From positions 160,001 to 224,000 of the forward strand of contig CAWHAA010000004.1 in assembly GCA_963827275.1 (NCBI GenBank): a stretch of 64,000 nucleotides of DNA, in the 5' to 3' direction. This stretch comes from an uncultured Spirochaetota bacterium (GTDB taxonomy: Bacteria; Spirochaetota; UBA4802; UBA5550). The position numbers and the translations under genes were made by a program. The notes under the pieces were generated by a model. That model had not been told where the DNA came from. It was given only the letters and a program-made list of their open reading frames with translations, and searched no databases. Below are positions 29,153 to 37,870 of the stretch, piece after piece; position 1 is the first letter of the stretch; each line of letters opens with the position of its first letter.

Positions 29153-29346
29153 TTTTATGACGCCGGGGTATAAAAAAAATAAAAGAGAACAGAGCCGATA
29201 GTGAGGAGTGTGTGGGAATCGGTTTTGTTGCGGTGTTTTTTAATATGGGGCAGCTCTGTTCCTTTTATTAATAGGCAAATAGTAGTTGTGATCCGAACCG
29301 TGGGATTACGATTTTCATTATGGCCGTTTCAGCGGGGGTGCGTTAG

Positions 29347-29583
29347 TTACAGCGTCCCCCATTCAATGCCGGAAGCGTCCCTGTTCACGATGGTGCCCCT
29401 GAAGAATGCAAGGATAGAATCAACGGCCGGGCCGGCAGCTCCGGTTCCGGCGCCTCTGGTGCCGCAGCCGGTCGCTTCAGTATTTTTATAAATCCTTTTT
29501 GGTGAAGCCTGATATGGATTTCTTTTTTTAATCCCGGGATTCTTATATAAAGAAAGGCCTGTTCTCTTTGCATATGTATTCAT
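29347..29583 (-). CDS. Small hypothetical protein (78 aa)
   Basis: AAGGGA RBS-like sequence; lies directly after the zinc-ribbon microprotein on the same strand. Confidence 0.4.
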   Translation of the reverse strand: MNTYAKRTGLSLYKNPGIKKRNPYQASPKRIYKNTEATGCGTRGAGTGAAGPAVDSILAFFRGTIVNRDASGIEWGTL

Positions 29584-29602
29584 AGCTTCCCTTTTTGAAA
29601 TT

Positions 29603-29725
29603 TTATTGAATCGCGCATAAAGAATAACCGCAGAAACGGCAGAAAAAACAGCCGGATTCGGGAATGAGAATATGCCCGCAATCAGGGCACGTTTTTTTTG
29701 CTATTTTGATCATCTGTAGTTTCAT
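29603..29725 (-). CDS. 40-aa zinc-ribbon microprotein resembling the C-terminal tail of class II ribonucleotide reductase
   Basis: Not in ORF track. MKLQMIKIAKKTCPDCGHILIPESGCFFCRFCGYSLCAIQ*; GAGG RBS. Confidence 0.7.
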   Translation of the reverse strand: MKLQMIKIAKKTCPDCGHILIPESGCFFCRFCGYSLCAIQ

Positions 29726-30033
29726 ATATGCCTCGCTGAATACATTTGTATAGTACATATATGTATAGTATTTTATCAAGCTTTTTTTCTGTTCTTTTTT
29801 ATTTTTTTTATTTTATCGAGTATATTTCATAACAAGAGGACGGCGACGGCATAGAAAAGGGCTGTTTTTACCCATGCGTATAAAAAAATATTGTATTAAT
29901 TGGTCCATCCGCGAATAAGGGTGAAATAGTATGGATGTAACTATATAGAAATTACCGCATCTTACTTTAGGTGGCGGCGTGAGACACTGGAACGGCCGCA
30001 GAATGATGATACTATTTACTATGAGGATATAGC

Positions 30034-31516
30034 ATGACAAAACCGGCATTTGATCCTGAAAAGAGCATCGAGGAGATTCTGAACCTGGAGTCCGAGGAGG
30101 TGCAGCCGCAATCGGAGCCCGTCGGTGAAAAGCCCGGCGTATCCGGCAAGAAATCCTCGGAATTCAATTTTGATATAAAACCTGAAGAGCTTGAAAGCTT
30201 TCTCAACCAGTATGTGGTGGGCCAGGAAGAGACGATAGAGGTCATCGCCACCAAGGTGTGCACCCATTTTAACCGCATGAACCTGGAGAACAAGGTCCCG
30301 CAGAAGGACGGGATCATCGGCGCCATCAAGAGCAACATGCTTCTCATCGGCCCGACGGGGGTCGGCAAGACGTACATCGTCAAGCTCATCGCGAAGAAGA
30401 TCGGCGTCCCCTTTGTAAAGGCGGACGCGACCAAGTTCAGCGAGACCGGCTACGTCGGGGGCGATGTCGAGGACCTGGTGCGCGACCTGGTGCACGAGGC
30501 TGACGGCGACATCAGGAGGGCCGAGTACGGCATCATCTACCTTGACGAGATAGACAAGATCGCGTCGACGGGGCACCATGTACGGGCCGGACGTATCGCG
30601 CGGCGGTGTGCAGCGCAATTTACTGAAGCTCATGGAGGAGGCGGAGGTCGACCTGAAGACGCCGCATGACCTGGCGTCGCAGGTGGAAGCCGCCATGGAG
30701 GCGCAGAGGACCGGCAAGGTGTCGCGGCAGAAGATAAACACCAGGAACATCCTCTTCATCGTTTCGGGCGCCTTCAGCGGGCTCGAGGAGATGATCAACA
30801 AGCGGCTCAACAAGCAGTCGATCGGCTTTGAAAAGACGAAGATGGCCGGCGAGGCGCGCCAGGAGATACTCAAGAAGGTCAAGACCGAGGACCTGATCGA
30901 ATTCGGCTTCGAATCGGAATTCGTGGGGCGCCTCCCCGTCTACGTGGTGCTGAACGAACTGGACGAAGAGGGCCTGTACAAGATATTGAAAAACAAGCAC
31001 AGCACCGTCGTGCTGGGCAAGAAGCTGGACTTCAGGTCCTACGGCATCGACCTGGGCTTCACCGACGAGGCGCTCAGGCTGCTGGCGAAGAAGGCGCACA
31101 GCGAGAAGACCGGGGCGCGGGGCCTCCTGAGCGTGTTCGAGAAGGTGCTGATAAAATTCGAAAAGAGCCTCCCCTCCACGAACATCAAGAAGCTGACGGT
31201 GGACCGGCAGGTGATCGAGAGCCCCGGCGAGGTGCTCAGGGAGCTCCTCATCGAGGAGGGGATCCAGAGCTTTCAGAAGGAATTCCTCGTGGAGCACGGC
31301 ATCTACCTCGATTTCAACAAGGACGCGGTGGAAAAGCTAAAGGAGATGGCGGGGGAAAAGCTGAAGAGCATCAAGCAGCTCTGCAACGACCTTTTCCGCG
31401 ATTATTACCACGGACTGCGGCTGATGAAGCTTGACCACTTCACCGTACCGCGGGAGGCGGTCGATAACCCTGATGAATATCTCAATACCTTCATCAAGGA
31501 AAATTACAGCAAGTAG
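30034..31516 (+). CDS. clpX: ClpX-like AAA+ ATPase without the N-terminal Zn finger; frameshift near 30570
   Basis: GPTGVGKT, DATKFSETGYVG.DVE, IIYLDEIDKI | GPDVSRGGVQ..LLK, SIGF, EFVGRLP, TGARGL. Removing one G from ACGGGGCACC restores the frame. Confidence 0.8.
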
Positions 31517-31545
31517 GGGAGCGCACTACTGCGCCCCCGGATAAT

Positions 31546-31588
31546 AAAAAGCCCGTCCCTGCTTCCGCGGAGACGGGCCCTGTTTTTC
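31546..31588. terminator. Bidirectional terminator between the clpX-like gene and ferredoxin
   Basis: AAAAA-GCCCGTC…GACGGGC followed by a T run. Confidence 0.7.
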
Positions 31589-31602
31589 TATGGTATGCCG
31601 GT

Positions 31603-31773
31603 TTATGCCGGTGAGATCGCGTCAACCGGGCAGACAGCCGCGCACGCGCCGCAGTCTGTGCACTCGTTGGCGTCAATCTTTCTCTTGTCCCCTTTCTCGC
31701 TTATGGCTTCAACGGGGCATTCGGGTTCACAGGCGCCGCAGTTTGTGCATTCATCGCTAATTACATGAGCCAT
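31603..31773 (-). CDS. Clostridial-type 2x[4Fe-4S] ferredoxin (56 aa)
   Basis: Not in ORF track. MAHVISDECTNCGACEPECPVEAISEKGDKRKIDANECTDCGACAAVCPVDAISPA; AGGAGG RBS. Confidence 0.96.
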   Translation of the reverse strand: MAHVISDECTNCGACEPECPVEAISEKGDKRKIDANECTDCGACAAVCPVDAISPA

Positions 31774-31958
31774 TGAACAGCCTCCTATATTGTACGTGTG
31801 GATCGTTAGATTAATTGCCCCCTCTCTCCTGTCAATTTTTTTATACCGGGCGAATTTATTTTTTTGCCTTTCGGAAAATTTCAGCGGCGGATTGTATACC
31901 CGATGATTTTTATTGATGTCATGGCGGGCCCTGCCGATTTATTAATGAGAGGACAGAC

Positions 31959-33020
31959 ATGAAGAGAAAGAGCCCCCGCATCACCGCGATAGCTGCCGTA
32001 TCAATGCTTGCCGCATTGTGCATGCTCTCCCCCACGGCGCTGACCGGCGGGAGGCAGGCGGAGGAGCCGGGTCCGCCGGCACGGCATCCGGCGACGGTGA
32101 AGCTCCCCGCCGGGTACCGGGCGCCTTCCCCCGCCATGGTACGGTTCACCGGGGCTGATATAGCCGTCGACTGCTATGCCCCCCGGTTTGCCCAGGGCGC
32201 GGCGGTATACGCCGAGATCTACCCTGCTGCTCCTTCCGGGCGGGACATCTCCTTTGAGTTGAAACGCTTCTCGTTTGACGGCAAAGATATCCCCGTGTCG
32301 AAAAGGAGATGGGGCTACCGCGCGCTCTTCGGGATCCATCCGGAAGCGGCGCCCGGGAAGAAACCTATCCGGGTCGTGTACGAGGCCGGCGGCACAGAGC
32401 GCGCCGAAGATTTCATTCTTGAAATCTCGGGGAGCGGGTTCCCGTTCTTCAAAAAGCCCCTGGACCTCGGGAAGTATTCCGACGTGGACTATACGCCGAC
32501 GCCGGAGGAAATCGCCTTCATCAACGCCTGCGCGGAGAAGAAAAAGAAGGCCTTCGGCAGGGTGGGCGGCGACCTTCCGGGAGAGCACCTGTCGCATCCG
32601 CGGAACAGGCACTTTGTCACGTCGCCGTTCTGGTCAAAGCGGCTTGTCATGCGATACCGCGTCAAAAACGGGAAAAAGACCTGGCTGAAGGAAAAGCTGA
32701 ATATACACCGGGGGATCGATCTGCGCGGCAGCACCGGCGACCCGGTGCTCGCCATGGCGGACGGCGAGGTCGTGATCGCGGAGCCGATGTATTACGAGGG
32801 TAATTTCATCGTGCTCTACCATGGTAGCGGCGTTTTTTCTTCATACATGCATCTCGACGGGGTGATGGTGAAAGAGGGCGACACTGTCCGCGCCGGGAGC
32901 CGTATCGGCACGGTGGGATCAACGGGCCAGTCCACCGGCGCCCATCTTCATGTCTCCCTCCTGCTCCAGGGAGTGAGCGTCGATCCCCTGGGCCTGCTCT
33001 CCCTGCCGATCAGAAAGTGA
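31959..33020 (+). CDS. M23 family peptidoglycan metallopeptidase
   Basis: HRGID, YMHL, VGSTGQSTGAHLH, VDP; signal peptide. Confidence 0.93.
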   Translation: MKRKSPRITAIAAVSMLAALCMLSPTALTGGRQAEEPGPPARHPATVKLPAGYRAPSPAMVRFTGADIAVDCYAPRFAQGAAVYAEIYPAAPSGRDISFELKRFSFDGKDIPVSKRRWGYRALFGIHPEAAPGKKPIRVVYEAGGTERAEDFILEISGSGFPFFKKPLDLGKYSDVDYTPTPEEIAFINACAEKKKKAFGRVGGDLPGEHLSHPRNRHFVTSPFWSKRLVMRYRVKNGKKTWLKEKLNIHRGIDLRGSTGDPVLAMADGEVVIAEPMYYEGNFIVLYHGSGVFSSYMHLDGVMVKEGDTVRAGSRIGTVGSTGQSTGAHLHVSLLLQGVSVDPLGLLSLPIRK

Positions 33021-33174
33021 CGCGCCCGGGCCCGCCTTCATCGCAGGCCCTTGCGCGTCTGCGCCGCGGCGCCAGGGGGCATCCATATTTTTTAATATAA
33101 ATGTCTTGAAAAGAAGATCGCCTGATAGTTTACTGCAAAAAAATGTTCGCTATGTACAGGCAGGCAGTCAATCA

Positions 33175-34660
33175 ATGAAGGACCTCCACACGCTTTTTAA
33201 CCCCCGGAGCATTGCCGTAGTCGGGGCCACCGAAGCCCGGCTGAAATGGGGCTCGTTTATCATGTCTAACATCCTCGACGGCGGCTACGGAGGGCCGGTC
33301 TACCCGGTCTCGGCCAGCAGCAACACCGTGTTCGGGCTGCAGGCCCATGCGTCGCTTCGCGACATCCCCGGACCGGTCGATCTTGTGTTTATCGCGACTC
33401 CCGCAAAGACCATCATGTCCATCCTCGGCGAGTGCGTTGAGAAAGACGTGCGCAATGTCGTCGTCATATCTTCCGGCTTCAGCGAAACGGGCGCGGAGGG
33501 CGCCGCCCTGGAAGCGCGCATGGCGGATTTCGCCCGGGAGCATTCCATCAATCTCGCGGGGCCGAACACCATGGGTATCGCGAACGTGGGCGCGCGCCTC
33601 TTCGCGACAGGAGGCCACCCGCGGCCGAAGAGCGGCGGAATATCCATCATCGCCCAGAGCGGGAACGTGGGCAACCAGATCATGCTCTGGGCCGAGCTGG
33701 AAGGGTTCGGCATCGGCAAGTTCGTCGGCTCGGGGAACGAGGCGGTATTGAAGGTCGAGGACTACCTCGAATATTTCGACAATGACCCCGAGACCACGGT
33801 TATCCTCATGTACCTCGAAGGGGTTGACGATGGCAGGAAGTTCCTGGAGACAGCGAAGGGCGTTTCCCTGAAGAAGCCGGTGATCGCCCTGAAGGCGGGA
33901 CGGACCGAGGGCGGGAGCAGGGCCGCGGCGTCGCATACCGGCGCGATGGCGGGCTCGTTCCGCGTCTTTGAAGGCGTGCTGAAGCAGACCGGCGTGATGA
34001 CGGCGATGAACCCGACCGAGCTGCTGGAGCTTTCCGCCGCCTTTGACAGCTTTCCCCTGCCCCGGGGGAACAGGGTGGGCATCGTCACCCTGGGCGGCGG
34101 CTGGGGGGTCATCACCGCGGATGAATGCGAGGAGAACGGCCTGGTGCTGCCGCCCCTGCCGGATGAGATCAGGAAGCGGTTCGACCAGAAGCTGCCCCCC
34201 TTCTGGAGCAGGGCAAACCCGGTCGACATTGTCGGCCACCCGGACGTCTTCCTCTTCGCGGAATCGATCGATATCATGGCCTCGTCAGACGCGTTTGACG
34301 CGATCATCGTCCTGGGGCTCCTCGGGTCCGCGCGGTACGGCATCCGTCCCATACAGGCCGCGCACCGGCTCGGCCATGTGCCCGATGAATGAGATGGAGA
34401 TGTTTGAAAAGGGGGTCGTCGCGGTGGAGGGCGCCATCCTCGATACGATCCTCATGATGATGAATAAGTATGACAAGCCGATCTACCCGGTCACCCTCGC
34501 GGCATTCCCCGATGACAACATCATCCACGCTAAAGAAGGGAGCAGGTACAAGGCGATCGTGTACCGGACGCCGGAGATGGCGGTGTTCTGCCTTTCCAAG
34601 CAGTACCAGTACAGCGAGTACCTGCGAAAGCGCGGCGGGACGTCTCCCGATCTTAAATAA
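33175..34660 (+). CDS. Second ADP-forming acyl-CoA synthetase alpha-like protein; frameshift near 34385
   Basis: FNPRSIAVVGA, GPNTMG, SGNEA, ASHTGAMAG, GGGWGV, NPVD. The C-terminus (…VYRTPEMAV…) continues in another frame after GTGCCCGATGAATGA. Confidence 0.85.
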
Positions 34661-34751
34661 ATTCTCCCTGCCATATTCAACTCGGGAAATCATTAATATG
34701 TTGACCTTCATCGCATGGGGTGGTAGTGTTATCGGCGCAGGGGAGTAATCA

Positions 34752-35945
34752 TTGAATGAAATAATGCTCATGGGGGCGATGGTCCTGCTGATTGTCGTTC
34801 TCGGCGCAGCCGAGTACGCGAACCACGTGAAGAACCTCCGGTCCATCCCCATCCGGGTGCACGTGAACGGCACGCGGGGCAAATCCTCCGTGACCAGGCT
34901 TGTCGCGGCCGGCCTGCGCGAGGGGGGGATCAGGACCTTCGCGAAGACCACCGGGACGCTCCCGCGCATGATCATTCATGACGGCACCGAATATCCCGTC
35001 TACCGGCAGTCGAAGGCGAACATCATCGAGCAGGTGCGTATCGTCGCCTTCGCGGCGCGCAACGGCGCCGAGGCGCTGGTCATCGAGTGCATGGCGATAC
35101 AGCCCTATCTGCAGAGCCTGTGCGAGCTGAAGCTGGTGCGCGCGACCCACGGGGTCATCACCAATGCGCGCGAGGACCATCTTGATGTCATGGGGCCGTC
35201 GGAGCGGGACGTGGCCATGGCCCTGCTGGGAACGGTGCCGCCCGGGAAAAAGCTCTTCACCTGCGAGCGCGACTATCCGGATGAATTCATGGCGGCGTGC
35301 GTGGAGCGGGGCGCCGAGCTCATCGTGGTCCCGGAGGACGAGGCCGCGAACATCGACGACGCGGCGCTGCGCGAGTTCCCGTACGTTGAGCACCGGGACA
35401 ACATCGCGCTGTCCCTCAGGGTGTGCGAGGCCCTCGGCGTGGCGCGCGACGTGGCGCTGCGCGGCATGAAAAAGGCCGCGCCGGACATGGGCGCCATGAG
35501 CGACCTCTCCCTCAATTTTTTCGGCCGTAACATACACTTCGTGAACGGCTTTGCCGCCAACGACCCGGAATCGACCGGGATGATATGGGCGATGGCGCTG
35601 GGCAGGCACCCGGACGTCAGTTCCCGGATCATGATCGTGAACAGCCGCATCGACCGGCCGGACCGGTCGCGCCAGATCGGGGAGGCGCTCGCGCGGTGGA
35701 CGCGGGCGGACCGCTACATACTGGTCGGCTCGGGCTCATACTTCCTCGTGCGGTACGCGGTCAGGGCGGGCATAGACGCCCGTCACTTCATCAACGCCGA
35801 GGACCTCGACATCGAGACCATGTTCGAGGAGATACTGAAGTATTGCACGAAAAACACCCTTGTCATGGGCGTTGGAAACATCGCCGGCCCCGGACTGGAA
35901 CTGGTGACCTATTTCAAAAACAGGTCCGATAACGTTCCGGCCTGA
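34752..35945 (+). CDS. pgsB: Poly-gamma-glutamate synthase subunit B (CapB)
   Basis: RVHVNGTRGKSSVTRL, AKTTGT, NIIEQ, ECMA, ITN.R.DH.DVMG, NGFAANDPES. Confidence 0.97.
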   Translation: MNEIMLMGAMVLLIVVLGAAEYANHVKNLRSIPIRVHVNGTRGKSSVTRLVAAGLREGGIRTFAKTTGTLPRMIIHDGTEYPVYRQSKANIIEQVRIVAFAARNGAEALVIECMAIQPYLQSLCELKLVRATHGVITNAREDHLDVMGPSERDVAMALLGTVPPGKKLFTCERDYPDEFMAACVERGAELIVVPEDEAANIDDAALREFPYVEHRDNIALSLRVCEALGVARDVALRGMKKAAPDMGAMSDLSLNFFGRNIHFVNGFAANDPESTGMIWAMALGRHPDVSSRIMIVNSRIDRPDRSRQIGEALARWTRADRYILVGSGSYFLVRYAVRAGIDARHFINAEDLDIETMFEEILKYCTKNTLVMGVGNIAGPGLELVTYFKNRSDNVPA

Positions 35946-36015
35946 CGGGCCGCAGCGGGATACAGGGAAAGGATTCTACAATCAGCCCCCGCGGGGGGCG
36001 TATGGCGGCACTGGT

Positions 36016-36474
36016 ATGGAAAACATAATTACGCTTTCGATCGGGCTGGGCCTGTGCGTAAGCCTCCTCTTTTCAGAGTTCTTCGGGATCGCCGCGGGCG
36101 GCATGGTGGTGCCCGGGTATATCGCCCTTTACCTGGACCGGCCGCTGGTCATCATCGCCACGGTGGCGGTGAGCCTGCTTACCTATTTTATCGTCAATTC
36201 CCTCGGCGTATTTATGATTATCTACGGCCGGCGGCGCACGGTCCTCATGATCCTGCTCGGCTTCCTTCTCGGGTGGCTCGTGCGCACGCTCGGGGCCGTT
36301 CCCCTGGGGCCGCAGGCCCTGGAGCTGTCCATCGTCGGCTACATCATCCCCGGCCTCATCGCCATATGGATGGACCGGCAGGGCATCCTCGAGACCGTGG
36401 CCGCGCTGGTGACGTCGAGCGCCATCGTGCGGCTGGTCCTTATCCTCTTCTTCGGCAGGGACATCACGTTATGA
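36016..36474 (+). CDS. pgsC: Poly-gamma-glutamate biosynthesis protein C (CapC)
   Basis: E.FG..AGG.VVPGYIAL, IYGRRR, GYIIPGLIA..M.RQG. Confidence 0.96.
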   Translation: MENIITLSIGLGLCVSLLFSEFFGIAAGGMVVPGYIALYLDRPLVIIATVAVSLLTYFIVNSLGVFMIIYGRRRTVLMILLGFLLGWLVRTLGAVPLGPQALELSIVGYIIPGLIAIWMDRQGILETVAALVTSSAIVRLVLILFFGRDITL

Positions 36475-37616
36475 AAAAGCTCATCTGGAAACCGACCACA
36501 GTCTCCTGGCAGATCCACGTGGTGATCGCCATCATGGCGATCATCGGCATGATGATAGTGGAATCGTTCAAGGTCAACGTCAAGCAGCCCTTTTACAATG
36601 AAAAGGTGCAGGCGGCGCGGTACATGCTCCAGGGGATCGAGATCATCAAGCAGCACCGCCTCAGGAACATCGGCCCCATCAACAAGGTCATCGACCCGAT
36701 GCGGACCGGCCTGATCGGCGTGCTCTCGACCCCGATCACCAGCACGACAGTCGACATCGATTCGAAGCTGACCAGCATCAACCCGAACTGGGCGGCCGCC
36801 ATCGTGTCCATGCTGAAGGAGGCGAAGGTAAAAAAGGGCAGCACCGTGGCGGTGTCGCTCACCGGCTCGTTCCCGGCCATGAACCTCGCGGTCATGTCGG
36901 CGGCAAAGGCGCTGAAGCTCCGCCTCATCATTGTCACCAGCGTGTCCGCCTCCACCTGGGGGGCCAATATTCCCGGCCTGACCTGGCTCGACATGGAGAA
37001 CGAGCTGTATGAGAAGAAATTTTCTCAATACCGGTCGGTCGCGGCCTCGCTCGGCGGTGTCCAGGACAGCGCCCTGGGCATGTCGGAGGAGGGGAAAAAA
37101 ATCCTGCGCGACACGATCATGAAATACAACATCACGCCCCTTGAATTCAGCGACATGAAGACCCGGATCAACGCCCGCATGGAACTCTACCATGACCAGG
37201 CCCGGGACACCCAGATCGCCGCGTACATCAACGTCGGCGGCGGCACTGTTGCCATCGGGTCGTTCATAGGGAAGAGGAGATACCGGGCCGGCCTGAACCT
37301 CAAGCCGTCACAGCGGGCGATGCGCGTTGACAGCGTCATGTCCAGGTTCGCGCGCACCGACGTGCCCATCGTCAATATCAATTACCTGAAGACCCTCGCG
37401 CAAAAATTCAGCTTTCCCATCGCGCCGAAAAAGATCCCCACGATAGGGCAGGGAGAGATCTACAACCGCCTTGAATACAATAAGGCGCTGGTGGCTCTCG
37501 TGCTTGTGTCGCTGATCGTGTTCCTGTTCCTGTTCATGAAGATGGGGATCGGGTACCGGATCTTCATCCCGCAGAAAAAATCCGTAAAAGCCAGGCCGCC
37601 CGAGCACATGGTGTAA
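36471..37616 (+). CDS. pgsW: Poly-gamma-glutamate system protein (PgsW-type)
   Basis: ATGA overlap with pgsC; DP..TGLIG…ITST…K.TS.NP, TGSFP.MNLA, S..ASTWGAN, YINVGGG; two flanking TM helices. Confidence 0.85.
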   Translation: MKKLIWKPTTVSWQIHVVIAIMAIIGMMIVESFKVNVKQPFYNEKVQAARYMLQGIEIIKQHRLRNIGPINKVIDPMRTGLIGVLSTPITSTTVDIDSKLTSINPNWAAAIVSMLKEAKVKKGSTVAVSLTGSFPAMNLAVMSAAKALKLRLIIVTSVSASTWGANIPGLTWLDMENELYEKKFSQYRSVAASLGGVQDSALGMSEEGKKILRDTIMKYNITPLEFSDMKTRINARMELYHDQARDTQIAAYINVGGGTVAIGSFIGKRRYRAGLNLKPSQRAMRVDSVMSRFARTDVPIVNINYLKTLAQKFSFPIAPKKIPTIGQGEIYNRLEYNKALVALVLVSLIVFLFLFMKMGIGYRIFIPQKKSVKARPPEHMV

Positions 37617-37870
37617 ACAATGGGCCGCCGCTGCCGGGCGGGCCCGGGTTCCCGGACGGTATCCATTGCTGTCCAGTCATGCCCTTCGGCGTGAATGGCG
37701 GTGATGGAATGGCCATCGGGGCCTTGCGAAAAAGTCATAATCTGATTAATCTGATATTGGCGAGACAGGTTATGGCTATAATGATATAGAAGGATGTCGG
37801 TCAGGTATTCACGATTTCCCGTCGTTGAAGCTTTCTCTATATAAAAAAATAAAAATCTCATATTGAGGCT

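Noticed and set aside
29124..30030. Integrated prophage or ICE at tRNA-Leu
   Set aside because: No integrase and no duplicated tRNA 3' end seen in the window.
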